Source: a virus. From it: 40,470 nucleotides of DNA. Below, piece after piece: positions 1-9,021 of this stretch (within the stretch, counting starts at the first letter, position 1; the number at the start of each line of letters is the position of its first letter). Both the position numbers and the translations under genes were made by a program. The notes beneath the pieces are model-generated. The model saw nothing but the letters and a program-made list of their open reading frames with translations, was not told the DNA's origin and did no database searches. The stretch is from UHGV virus genome UHGV-0078430; one strand, 5' to 3'.

Positions 1-49
1 TTATAAGTTCATCTTTAAATGATAATCAATTGCATGGGAGTTTATCACC

Positions 50-1570
50 ATGAGGAGCGTAATTACATACTTGAGATTCTCATCAGCCATACAAGGCGCT
101 GAAGGTGCAGATTCAACCAGACGACAAAATGACCTGTTCAAGCAGTGGCTGAAGAAGAATAGCGATGCTCAAGTAGTAGCGTCTTTCAGTGATGAAGGTC
201 TATCCGGTTACAAAGGTAAGCATCTTACTGGTCAGTTTGGTGACATGTTAGCCCGTATTGAGTCTGGGGAGTTTCCAGAAGGTACGATTTTGCTTGTTGA
301 GAGTATCGACCGTATAGGCCGCTTAGAACACCTTGAAACAGAAGCCTTGATGAATCGCATCTTAGGCAACGGGTTAGAGATTCACACGCTACAAGATGGT
401 CTTATCTACACAAAGGATGCTTTAGCCGATGATTTAGGAATCTCAATCATCCAGCGTGTCAAAGCCTACATAGCGCATCAGGAGAGTAAGCAGAAGTCTT
501 TCCGTGTTAGCGAGAAGTGGAAACAACGTGCAAAACTTGCCCTTGCTGGTGAACAACGTTTAACAAAGATGGTTCCCGGATGGATTGACCCCGATACTCT
601 CAAACTCAATGAACACGCTGAGACTGTAAGACTGATTTTCAAGCTGCTGCTAAGTGGTGAAAGTCTGCATAACATTGCACGTCACCTTCAAAGCAACGGT
701 ATAAAGTCGTTTAGTCGCCGTAAAGATGCTAACGGGTTCAGTGTTCATTCTGTGCGTACTATCTTAAGGTCAGAGACAACGATAGGCACACTACCAGCAT
801 CACAACGTAATGACCGCCCCGCTATACCGAACTACTACGAAGCCGCCATAGACGCTGCAACGTTCAATAAAGCTCAAGAAATCCTCGATAAAAATCGTAA
901 AGGCCGTACACCTGCAAGTGATAACCCATTAACGATTAACATCTTCAAGGGATTATTCCGGTGTCAGTGTGGGGCTAGTGTCCATCCTACCGGAACAAAG
1001 AATAAGTATGCTGGGGTCTACAGGTGCAATAACCACTTAGACGGTCGCTGTGATGTTCCACCGCTGAAGCGTAAACCGTTTGATAAGTGGATGCTTGAAA
1101 ATTTTCTAGGAATGATTGACGTGGGGAATGATGGAGAAGCAGAGGGGAAGATTGCATCTCTACAGCATGAGGTTGAAATTGTCACAACCAGAATCAAGAA
1201 AGCTACCGCCCTACTTCTTGAGATGGATGATATTGATGAACTAAAAATTCAGATTAAGGAACTGAACCAGAGGCGTACAGAGCTACAGACCACGATTGAT
1301 AACATGAGGCGTAAGGCTTCACTCACTGATAAGGAACTACCCCAGCTTAAAGATATTGACCTGACAACTAAAGCGGGTCGTGTCGAGTGTCAGTTGATTT
1401 TGTCCAAACATCTAAAAGGGCTTACATTGGGTAAGGATTCGGTAATTGTAACGCTACAGAACGACACTGAAATCACCATACCTACAAACCCGTTACCGCT
1501 AAATGATGGAACATCAATATTTGAAATTGCTGAAAAAGAGCTACTAGAAATAGACGCTTATCAACTGTAA
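50..1570 (+). CDS. large serine recombinase (integrase/resolvase family)
   Basis: N-terminal YLRFSSAIQ catalytic-serine motif and ESIDRIGR motif typical of resolvase-type catalytic domain; 506 aa with Cys-rich zinc-ribbon-like block (CQCGAS...YRCNNHLDGRC) and coiled-coil C-terminus as in large serine recombinases. Confidence 0.85.
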   Translation: MRSVITYLRFSSAIQGAEGADSTRRQNDLFKQWLKKNSDAQVVASFSDEGLSGYKGKHLTGQFGDMLARIESGEFPEGTILLVESIDRIGRLEHLETEALMNRILGNGLEIHTLQDGLIYTKDALADDLGISIIQRVKAYIAHQESKQKSFRVSEKWKQRAKLALAGEQRLTKMVPGWIDPDTLKLNEHAETVRLIFKLLLSGESLHNIARHLQSNGIKSFSRRKDANGFSVHSVRTILRSETTIGTLPASQRNDRPAIPNYYEAAIDAATFNKAQEILDKNRKGRTPASDNPLTINIFKGLFRCQCGASVHPTGTKNKYAGVYRCNNHLDGRCDVPPLKRKPFDKWMLENFLGMIDVGNDGEAEGKIASLQHEVEIVTTRIKKATALLLEMDDIDELKIQIKELNQRRTELQTTIDNMRRKASLTDKELPQLKDIDLTTKAGRVECQLILSKHLKGLTLGKDSVIVTLQNDTEITIPTNPLPLNDGTSIFEIAEKELLEIDAYQL

Positions 1571-1575
1571 TTTTC

Positions 1576-1598
1576 AGGGGCTATGAAGCCCCTTTTTA
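1576..1598 (+). terminator. putative Rho-independent terminator after recombinase gene
   Basis: 7-bp stem aggggct/agcccct with 4-nt loop followed by ttttta. Confidence 0.45.
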
Positions 1599-1602
1599 TG
1601 TC

Positions 1603-2394
1603 TCAATAAGTGCCCTTCTTGTTCGGATTTACAGAAAACTTCCGTAAAGCATTACCCGACTTAAGCACCTTTGAAGCTTGCTCATTAGCTGAGGCTGTGA
1701 AGGTGCTCTCACCATTTTTAACACTAACGCTCTTAGAGCACGTTACACGGGCTTTTAGCGCTTCATCTGATAACTCACTTGCCGAATAGCTAAAAAGCTC
1801 TTTACAGGTCAGCATAGGGCTTCCAAGACTCGTTGTAGTGTTGCCAGTGTTCTTTTTACTGGTAGCACCACCATCATTCGTAGTCGCGGCTTTTCCAGTT
1901 GCAGCCGAGATATCAGTCTGCCCCACAATAGCTTTAAAGTTAATTTCCTGAAAAGTTAGCTGGATTCTTAGGCCATTTGAAATACCAACATCTTTAGAGG
2001 CTTTAAAGCTCGTGATAATGGAATCATCAATTTTAATTCCGTCTTTACAGATGACCGAAATAATCTGCTTCTGGTCACGCCAGTTTTCCAGAGTGTCGAT
2101 GAAGTTTTCTACCAGCTTATTATCTCTTGAGATAAGGATACTACCGGATTCACCAACCACAACCACACCACTAATAGTAATTGTTCTGGGTGAACGCATT
2201 ACATTATCTGTTACAGTCTGCCCTGATTGCATATTTTGAGTGGTCACCATCATAGGGCTGTCATATTCCATGTTTTCAGTTGCTGATAGTGACAAGAAAT
2301 TATCTGGTTGGCCTTGTAGATGAAAGTAAACGCCATCTTTACCAGTGTAACGAAGCTGATTAGTGTAAATCATTAAATTCTCCTTTGATTTCAA
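1603..2394 (-). CDS. hypothetical protein, possibly distal-tail (Dit)-like by position
   Basis: 263-aa ORF immediately downstream of tape-measure-like gene, Ser/Thr-rich C-terminal half; function inferred only from position. Confidence 0.4.
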   Translation of the reverse strand: MKSKENLMIYTNQLRYTGKDGVYFHLQGQPDNFLSLSATENMEYDSPMMVTTQNMQSGQTVTDNVMRSPRTITISGVVVVGESGSILISRDNKLVENFIDTLENWRDQKQIISVICKDGIKIDDSIITSFKASKDVGISNGLRIQLTFQEINFKAIVGQTDISAATGKAATTNDGGATSKKNTGNTTTSLGSPMLTCKELFSYSASELSDEALKARVTCSKSVSVKNGESTFTASANEQASKVLKSGNALRKFSVNPNKKGTY

Positions 2395-2455
2395 AGGCTT
2401 AGTGTATTTTAATCATTTTTAACCAAGCCTTTGATATATAAGTGTTTTCTCTGCT

Positions 2456-2519
2456 AAGCGTGTTGTACGTAAATTCTATTTTTCAGTGTGGGTATTAGCT
2501 TTACAGATTTCACGTAGCA
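2456..2519 (-). promoter_or_regulatory. conserved upstream element, copy 1
   Basis: about 64 bp sharing blocks (tgctacgtgaaatct, atacccac, tttacgta, cacgctta on the minus strand) with a second copy at 4601-4663; lies upstream of ORF 1603-2394. Confidence 0.45.
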
Positions 2520-2530
2520 TTCGACTATTA

Positions 2531-4579
2531 TTAATCATCTTCTGGGAATGATGAACTTAATAGCGTAGCTTCTGCATATTGGTCGTAGATATTACTGCTA
2601 AAGGTCATAAAGCTGGTTTCATCTGGTTTAATGGCAACTTCACCACCAAGTGAAACTTTCACAGGCTCCTGAATACGTTTGCTCAAAGCACTAATTTCAT
2701 CTCTCAGGCTTTGGATATCCGTATTCGTTAATGCCGCATCTTGTCTCATGGTGATTAATTCTGGATGCTGGAAGTTAGCAAGATTCATAGCTGCACTACT
2801 AAACCAACCTTTAACATCGTCCATAGTGAACACTGGTTTAAGTCCAGACTCTTTAGCTAGCTCTGGTAATTTAGCTTGTGCTTCCATTCGTTCAGGTGTA
2901 GAAGCTAATCTCTCATAACCTGCATAGATAGCACTACCAGCTAATAACATATTCCCAAGATTAAACCTTGATGGTTTCCCGTTCTTTCTATTCACGTTAT
3001 CCGCTGTAGTATCAGCGACCTGACCTAATCTTGTGATAGCAGTCATAAGCCCGTAAATACTTCTGGTTACACCAACAACTTTATTCACAGCAATAACACC
3101 AGCCAAGACTTTTAAACTATTAATCAAGCCAGAACCTAAAGCATCAACTACTTTCTTTTGTTCATCGGTTAAACCACGGTAAGCTAATGTCACCTCATCA
3201 AAGAATGCTCTTACCCTGTAGCTGATATCAGTCAATGAATCCACACCACTTGACATAGAAGTCATGAGACTACCAAGAGATTCACCAAGACTTTTACCGC
3301 TTCCACCTAAACTATTTAAAAGATTGGTTAAGCTTCTTGTGAAATCTTGAAGACCATTTTCAGAACCTCTGAAGATACTATCAAGCGTGGTATTCCAAGA
3401 GTTTTTCAGGTTCCCTAGTTGTGCCTGTGTACTTTCTGAAATAGCTTTCCAGCCGCCTTTAGCGGTGATTTGTCTATTCAGTTCCTGAGTGACCTTCTGA
3501 AGAGTATCGGCAGATTTTAAAGCCCCCTTCTTCATGGCATCAAATAATTCCTGTTCAGTCTTTCCGGTTGCTTTAGCGAATACCTGAACCATACCAGGAA
3601 CAGCTTCAGCTAATTGCCCCTTAAGCTCTTCAGCCATAATCTGACCCTTACCAGCCATCTGTGATAATGCTGTCAGTGCTCGCTTAATCTCTTCTTCACT
3701 TCGACCCATTAAACGAGAATAGCCAATCATATTTCTAAAAAGTTCTTCAGAACCTTGAATACCCATAGATTCTTTAGCTGAAGCACCAAAACCAGCAAAC
3801 TGTGATTGCAGTTCAGCGATATCTAAACCCGTTGTTTGAGCTAATGACTTTGTGAAATCTTTTACTTGACCTGCATCTTTATCAAATACGAAATCAATAC
3901 TTCTTTCCGATGATGCACGTTGAAGGCCAACTTCCATTACTCGCTGATAAGCGGATAGTACAGCCTGAAAGCTGATAAATGCACCTGCTGCTCTAACCGC
4001 TGCTGAAGACAGGTTATCAAGGCTGCTAGCTGCTCTGTCACTATTAATGCTGGTGGATGTATGACCTCTGGCTTTAGCAATTGCTTCTCTGACTGAAGCG
4101 TTTAACTGAGCTAACTTCTCATTGAATTTTGAAGAATCCATTGACCCGGCTTTAGCAGATAGCCCGTAAAACTGACTCTTAATGTATTTCTCGACAATTG
4201 GGTTAAGGCCTTTTAGCTTGCTCATATTCGCTGAGTAAGCTGCTGTGATTGCTCTGTTTCCGCTAATTCGTGGCTGTCTTGGTTGTTTTGGAGGATTAAC
4301 AGTGTCATTAAATCTGGTGGTAAACTGGAAAGCTTTAGTATTTCTTGCTCTCTGTTCAATCTTGTCAAAGGCCTTATTAAACTTCCTTTCAAGTTGCCCT
4401 AAAGAACTTGTCAAATTACTATCAAGCTGTTTTGTATTAATCCTGAAACCTTTATTTAGGTTCTTTTCAATTCTTTGTGCTGACTGCAAAGCTGCCTTTT
4501 CAACTCTTTGCAGTCCCTTAATAACGTTCTCGCTGAAGCCTAGCTCAACGATAAAACTATCAACTTTAAATTGTGCCAT
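2531..4579 (-). CDS. phage tail tape-measure-like protein
   Basis: 682 aa, coiled-coil N-terminus, central region resembling tape-measure domain (GLDIAELQSQFAGFGASAKESMG ... ALSQMAGKGQIMAEELKGQLAEAVPG ... FAKATGKTEQELFDAMKKG), Gly/Ser-rich segment; assignment from recalled motif pattern. Confidence 0.6.
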   Translation of the reverse strand: MAQFKVDSFIVELGFSENVIKGLQRVEKAALQSAQRIEKNLNKGFRINTKQLDSNLTSSLGQLERKFNKAFDKIEQRARNTKAFQFTTRFNDTVNPPKQPRQPRISGNRAITAAYSANMSKLKGLNPIVEKYIKSQFYGLSAKAGSMDSSKFNEKLAQLNASVREAIAKARGHTSTSINSDRAASSLDNLSSAAVRAAGAFISFQAVLSAYQRVMEVGLQRASSERSIDFVFDKDAGQVKDFTKSLAQTTGLDIAELQSQFAGFGASAKESMGIQGSEELFRNMIGYSRLMGRSEEEIKRALTALSQMAGKGQIMAEELKGQLAEAVPGMVQVFAKATGKTEQELFDAMKKGALKSADTLQKVTQELNRQITAKGGWKAISESTQAQLGNLKNSWNTTLDSIFRGSENGLQDFTRSLTNLLNSLGGSGKSLGESLGSLMTSMSSGVDSLTDISYRVRAFFDEVTLAYRGLTDEQKKVVDALGSGLINSLKVLAGVIAVNKVVGVTRSIYGLMTAITRLGQVADTTADNVNRKNGKPSRFNLGNMLLAGSAIYAGYERLASTPERMEAQAKLPELAKESGLKPVFTMDDVKGWFSSAAMNLANFQHPELITMRQDAALTNTDIQSLRDEISALSKRIQEPVKVSLGGEVAIKPDETSFMTFSSNIYDQYAEATLLSSSFPEDD

Positions 4580-4600
4580 TGTTCATATTTCACCTCTGTT

Positions 4601-4663
4601 AAGCGTGAGCTACGTAAAAAATAATTTTTGGTGGGTATATCTGTTCAGGAGATTTCACGTAGC
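4601..4663 (-). promoter_or_regulatory. conserved upstream element, copy 2
   Basis: second copy of the 2456-2519 element, ends about 20 nt upstream of the tape-measure-like start codon; contains 7-bp inverted repeat gctacgt/acgtagc. Confidence 0.45.
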
Positions 4664-4789
4664 ACACATACAAAAAAGGGAGAAACTACCGAATAATATC
4701 GATAATCTCTCCCCGTGTTATAGATTCGATAGAACCTATCTCATACACCCAACCAATTCTATTAGATTCGATTAGAAGCTAATCTCAAA

Positions 4790-4999
4790 TTAATGCCTGA
4801 CAAGATAATGTAGTTCCGTTTCACCTATAATTTGAGCATCGGAAGGGATACGGTCGATACACCACTTTGGAATCTTGCGTGTTTTTGGTTTGCGTGAGGT
4901 GATAATTTGATGTTTGGTTTTAATTCTTAAGGCTGGCTTAGTTTGTAACTTTAAGTTTTCACAAACAGACCGGATAGTCTCTAAACGTTCTTCAAACAT
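4790..4999 (-). CDS. hypothetical small basic protein
   Basis: 69-aa ORF between two larger minus-strand genes; no recognisable motif. Confidence 0.3.
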   Translation of the reverse strand: MFEERLETIRSVCENLKLQTKPALRIKTKHQIITSRKPKTRKIPKWCIDRIPSDAQIIGETELHYLVRH

Positions 5000-5022
5000 T
5001 AATCACCTCTTTTAATTCATAA

Positions 5023-5733
5023 TTAAAGCACCTTTGAGTACTTCGTTGAAATCTTCGTTAACTGCTCAATATCGGCTTGCATAGCAATCTTCTTCTGCGT
5101 TTCATATCCACTAACAAGCTCTTTCATGCTATCAAGTTCTTTTCTAAGTTTTTGCTTTAACTTATCCAGTTTACCGGAATAATGCTTAGTCAAATTAGCT
5201 TCAGCTAACTGAAGAATCTCTTCGTCTGTCTTATCAGTCATCAGGATAAATTGACCAGAACCCCTTAATGCTTGTCTGACATCAATTAACCGGAACCCTT
5301 CAGGGATACTTTGAAGAACTTTAGGAACGTCTTCAATCGCTGTACCAAAACCATCATTAAAGTTTCCTTCATAATAGATAAACGGGTTTGACTTAATCTC
5401 GTAAGCAATATCATATTCTGAAGGTTTCGAGGTTTCTTCGAAGTTCTTAACAGCATCGTAAGCAATATCAAGTCGAATACGCTGTTCTTTTAGCCGTGGG
5501 TAATATTCACGCTCAAGCTCAAATAGTGCTTCAGTTTTGCAAACATCAGGCATCTCCTGAGGTTCAGGATACACAAAGATGGTTGTTTTTGGTGACATCT
5601 TTAGCGATTGCTCAAGCTTAATTCTTTCATCGTGTTCTTTACGCTGGATAGTGATAGCTGGATGTTCAGTCTGTGGTGACCAGTCCCCGAAGCTATCAAT
5701 CTTTCTGCCGTTAATAAATAAATCATTTGTCAT
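5023..5733 (-). CDS. hypothetical protein
   Basis: 236-aa ORF with Lys/Glu-rich coiled-coil-like C-terminus; no recognisable catalytic motif. Confidence 0.5.
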   Translation of the reverse strand: MTNDLFINGRKIDSFGDWSPQTEHPAITIQRKEHDERIKLEQSLKMSPKTTIFVYPEPQEMPDVCKTEALFELEREYYPRLKEQRIRLDIAYDAVKNFEETSKPSEYDIAYEIKSNPFIYYEGNFNDGFGTAIEDVPKVLQSIPEGFRLIDVRQALRGSGQFILMTDKTDEEILQLAEANLTKHYSGKLDKLKQKLRKELDSMKELVSGYETQKKIAMQADIEQLTKISTKYSKVL

Positions 5734-5940
5734 TATAACTTCCTCTAAGTGTGGTTATTTCTTAATAGAGCACCTTCAACGCCAATACACTTAGAAGATG
5801 ACTTAACGATTTATTAAAGATGCTCTATTAAGAAAAGCCCTAAACATAGGTTCATCCTTATCTGTGAAGGGCTTTGGAGTTTGCTTATAACGTTAACGGA
5901 GTTTCAGGAAAAACTTTCTTTAAAAGCTCTGTTTAAAAAC

Positions 5941-5973
5941 TCTTAAAGAAACGCCCTAACTCATGATTAGGGC
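5941..5973 (-). terminator. putative terminator between upstream 4-gene operon and downstream genes
   Basis: stem gccctaa/ttagggc with 7-nt loop; on the minus strand followed by gtttcttt. Confidence 0.35.
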
Positions 5974-6304
5974 AAAGCTGTAAGGGTTCAATAATGAATG
6001 ATTAAGCACTTTTTGATATATAGCCTATCTAGTGGGCTAAATAGGCCATGTAGCGAAAAGCATTGCACCTTTCAGAATGTTCGGTATAGAACATACCTCA
6101 CCAACTCAGAATATCCATCCATCCATCGGATTATTGAAAGAAAAATAAGAGAGAATTACTCTCCCATAATTAAAATTATGTCATGCTTAAGGTTATTTGT
6201 CAACAGCTTTTTAACAGATTGGTAACATTAATTCTTATTTACCGTGTTACCTACCCAGCAACCAACAAATAAACCCAAAGCTGTCCAAGCAATTATTAAG
6301 CCCA

Positions 6305-6649
6305 TTAATGCACCACCTTCGAATCCGTCACCAAAATATTGTCAGCGTACAAAATTGCTATAGCTGCCTTGAGATATCCTTCAGGGCTAACGCTGTATTT
6401 GTTCGTTTGCTCGATAACCAATCTTTTCATGTTGCTGTCTTTAATTGGTAGCATCATTCGAGGCTCGTTAAACTCCACCGACTGAATAAAGTCAGAGATG
6501 CTTTCCGCATTATCAGCCATTAACTCTAACAACTTATCAAAGTCAATGCTAACACCTACATCAGTGAAAGCCTGAATCATCATAGCGGTGTCGTTATCAA
6601 CCATAATTTGCATTGGGTAATTGTTCATTTTTAAATTCCTATAAAACAC
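6305..6649 (-). CDS. hypothetical protein
   Basis: 114-aa ORF, last gene of a co-directional 4-gene cluster; true start may be internal Met (MNNYPMQ). Confidence 0.45.
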   Translation of the reverse strand: MFYRNLKMNNYPMQIMVDNDTAMMIQAFTDVGVSIDFDKLLELMADNAESISDFIQSVEFNEPRMMLPIKDSNMKRLVIEQTNKYSVSPEGYLKAAIAILYADNILVTDSKVVH

Positions 6650-6765
6650 ATCTTAAATCTGCCAAAATAGCCATTCTGAGGCCAGTAACCATGCGGGTTA
6701 CAGAGGGAGTGAGACACCTTAGTAATAGGGTAGCTCATCTTTGAGTCTCACTCATTCTTACAGGC

Positions 6766-7152
6766 TTACACAGACGCTTTAATCTTGTAGTATTGACTGC
6801 GTGATAAACCGTATTTCTCAGAAATATAACTTTGTGATTGTCCTTTGGTGATTGCATCAATGATTAAATCTTTATCGTATCTTTTACCGTTGGCTTTGTG
6901 CTTGTCGCCACTTTTAATAGAGTTGAAATTCTCAATTAATTTAATGGCGTCTTTAAGGTCGTCTTCGTAAGCATAATCAAAACCCCTGATAAACTCGAAA
7001 TCACCATTATCTTTTTGTGCTTCAGTCCAGATATCAAATCTTGAGGCTAATTGCTGGTGGGTAAACTTGGGCTTATTGGTTTGTGTTACGTCTTTCCAGA
7101 CTTTACCGTCAAATCTTACCAAATGGTCACGATGTTTATAAAAGTCATACAT
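6766..7152 (-). CDS. hypothetical protein with C-terminal helix-turn-helix
   Basis: 128 aa; C-terminus ISEKYGLSRSQYYKIK resembles HTH of resolvase/terminase-small-subunit/transposase-type DNA-binding domains. Confidence 0.5.
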   Translation of the reverse strand: MYDFYKHRDHLVRFDGKVWKDVTQTNKPKFTHQQLASRFDIWTEAQKDNGDFEFIRGFDYAYEDDLKDAIKLIENFNSIKSGDKHKANGKRYDKDLIIDAITKGQSQSYISEKYGLSRSQYYKIKASV

Positions 7153-7430
7153 TAAACCTCCATCGCTAATTTGTGAATTTTAATGCTTAGTAACCTTGCT
7201 AAATCCAGTCCAAAAGCATTTAAAGATTTCAGATTATCAAGGTCGGCTTGCTCAATCCTGATATGGTGTCTTGCAGCCTCTAAGCGGCTATTAAGCAAAT
7301 CTTGTTCGTTAATATCACGGTTAATTGCAAGCTTCATCACTGCTGAGTGTGGCAGACCTGTAATGTTTTTGATTCGGTTCAGTTCATCAAAGGCTGTCTT
7401 TGTAACTCTGGTTAAAGTGTGTTTGCTCAT
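7152..7430 (-). CDS. hypothetical protein
   Basis: 92-aa ORF; start overlaps stop region of upstream gene and stop abuts next gene (translational coupling). Confidence 0.45.
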   Translation of the reverse strand: MSKHTLTRVTKTAFDELNRIKNITGLPHSAVMKLAINRDINEQDLLNSRLEAARHHIRIEQADLDNLKSLNAFGLDLARLLSIKIHKLAMEV

Positions 7431-7431
7431 T

Positions 7432-7989
7432 TTAAAATTCCTCTGTAACTAAATACGGGTCAAACTCGAAATCTGGTTGCTCGTTTTCCATTGGCTCAAT
7501 ATTTCCAACGGCAATATGATGCTCAACAACACCAATTAACTTTGCGCACATTACAGCAAGCAAAGCGCAATATTTATCGCTTGGTAATTCATGGCTAAGT
7601 CTGGTTGCTTGACGCTGAAGATGATTTGTCACGGTGGCTGAGTTAATTTCATCAAGACTTCGCAGTAAATAAAAAACCTTCTGGTTGTATTTCTGGTGAC
7701 CCTCGCTTCTGCAAAATCCAATAAAAATATCATCAAGCTTGCTCGGTAGTTGCGCGTAGCTGTCAAAGCTAGCCAGATAATTCTTGATGCTGTTCTTTGT
7801 TGTTTTGCGTGTTGGCATGTAACGGTTCCTCGGTGTAATTGCCCGAATTACTTCGTCAATGCCTTTGCGTTCTTTCTTGGTAAACTTGGGTAATTCGTGG
7901 CTGGTGGGGGAGTTTGTGTAAGCGTAGGAGTTGTGCTTGTTGCGTTCTCTTGATGCCTGAAGCATCGCTCTAAATTCTGCGTCTCTCAT
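7432..7989 (-). CDS. hypothetical protein
   Basis: 185-aa ORF, first gene of the 4-gene cluster; divergent promoter region upstream (7990-8112). Confidence 0.5.
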   Translation of the reverse strand: MRDAEFRAMLQASRERNKHNSYAYTNSPTSHELPKFTKKERKGIDEVIRAITPRNRYMPTRKTTKNSIKNYLASFDSYAQLPSKLDDIFIGFCRSEGHQKYNQKVFYLLRSLDEINSATVTNHLQRQATRLSHELPSDKYCALLAVMCAKLIGVVEHHIAVGNIEPMENEQPDFEFDPYLVTEEF

Positions 7990-8076
7990 TCATATTCTGA
8001 CCCTCATAAGATGTTATTATTCTGTTAACTTATATAGACAATACTAGCATTTTCAAAGACTAATGTCAAGCATTTT

Positions 8077-8106
8077 TTAACATTTTATTAACATCTGTGG
8101 TATAAT
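8077..8106 (+). promoter_or_regulatory. putative sigma70 promoter with extended -10
   Basis: TGgTATAAT at 8098-8106 with ttaaca -35-like hexamer about 17-18 bp upstream. Confidence 0.4.
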
Positions 8107-8286
8107 GGTTCTATGGGGAGAGTAAAATATAAAGGCGTGGCTATGATTTGGTCACATGGTTATTGCATTGCACACAGACCTCTTCAATCGCTCTGTAACG
8201 AGTTAAACAGCCTCTTAAGGTCAACTATAAGGTCAGGTACTTTTTTGTGTCAGAATGCGATTGAGAGCGTCTTACAAGGAAAACTA

Positions 8287-8463
8287 ATGGTAAATCTCCC
8301 TCCTGAGCTGGGGTCACCTGATGTGTGGGCTGGTGGAGGTGTGGGTCTGTTCGCAGGTCTGTTACTTCGCTACGTCCTCGTCAGGGTGCTTGTTGTCTTT
8401 AGACTGTTCGGTCGTACATGGACGCTTGACCTTAAGGATAACAACCACACAGACCCCCGTTAA
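8287..8463 (+). CDS. small hydrophobic (single-pass membrane-like) protein
   Basis: 58-aa ORF (MVNLPPELGSPDVWAGGGVGLFAGLLLRYVLVRVLVVF...) preceded by AAGGA RBS; sits in a locally GC-rich patch inside the AT-rich island, downstream of a strong promoter; both overlapping frames are open so coding status is uncertain. Confidence 0.3.
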   Translation: MVNLPPELGSPDVWAGGGVGLFAGLLLRYVLVRVLVVFRLFGRTWTLDLKDNNHTDPR

Positions 8464-8476
8464 ACTCCCTTCAAAA

Positions 8477-8515
8477 CCCCCTGTACGAGATGGTATAGGG
8501 GTATCTTTAGCATTT
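8477..8515 (+). terminator. weak terminator-like hairpin
   Basis: cccct/agggg stem with 14-nt loop followed by T-rich tatctttagcatttt. Confidence 0.25.
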
Positions 8516-8583
8516 TGTGCTATCTATTAAAAAACAGCTTGACATAACCGGAAAGCTGTATCTATCAAGTATTCACCTCTCTG

Positions 8584-8755
8584 ACAGTAATTGCTAAAAG
8601 TTCTTATTTTTCAATAAGTTGTAATTAGCCATATATAGAGAACTGACAAGCCTCTTCACAGTTAACTCTGAAACCTTAACAGTAAATTCTAAAAGTTCTT
8701 ATTTTTCAATGAGTTGTAATTAGCCAATATAAAGGACTGACAAGACCCTTCACAG
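8584..8755. repeat. tandem direct repeat, 2 copies of about 78 bp at 95-bp period
   Basis: 8584-8661 and 8679-8755 align along their length (acagtaa.t.ctaaaagttcttatttttcaat.agttgtaattagcca...gactgacaag.c.cttcacag). Confidence 0.7.
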
Positions 8756-8783
8756 AGAACTTCCTGGACTCACTAAGATACAA

Positions 8784-8990
8784 GGCGATAACCCCAGAAA
8801 GGGAGAGCCACCTTCTTAACCGACTTCTTAAACAATCTTTACAGACCCCGTTCACCAGTCTCAATATTTTTATTTCTCGCTCTTCGTTTGTTGCTCGTTT
8901 CTATTATTGAGGGGGTTTGAAAAACCTCTGTAAAATAACCCTTCCAGTAAAAAGCGAATAACCCCAGACAGGGGAAATCGCCTCTTTAAC
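8784..8990. repeat. two copies of about 36-bp element
   Basis: gcgataaccccagaaagggagagccaccttcttaac (8784-8820) and gcgaataaccccagacaggggaaatcgcctctttaac (8954-8990). Confidence 0.4.
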
Positions 8991-9021
8991 ATTCTCGTAA
9001 TCAGTGCTCTATATGAGAATT

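Noticed and set aside
8113-8463. Full 116-aa ORF starting at 8113
   Set aside because: That start lies at or before the predicted transcription start and has no RBS; the internal Met at 8287 with an AAGGA RBS is the more plausible start if this region is coding at all.
8584-8755. Possible CRISPR array
   Set aside because: Only two repeat units of about 78 bp with a short linker; no short regular repeat-spacer periodicity and no cas genes.
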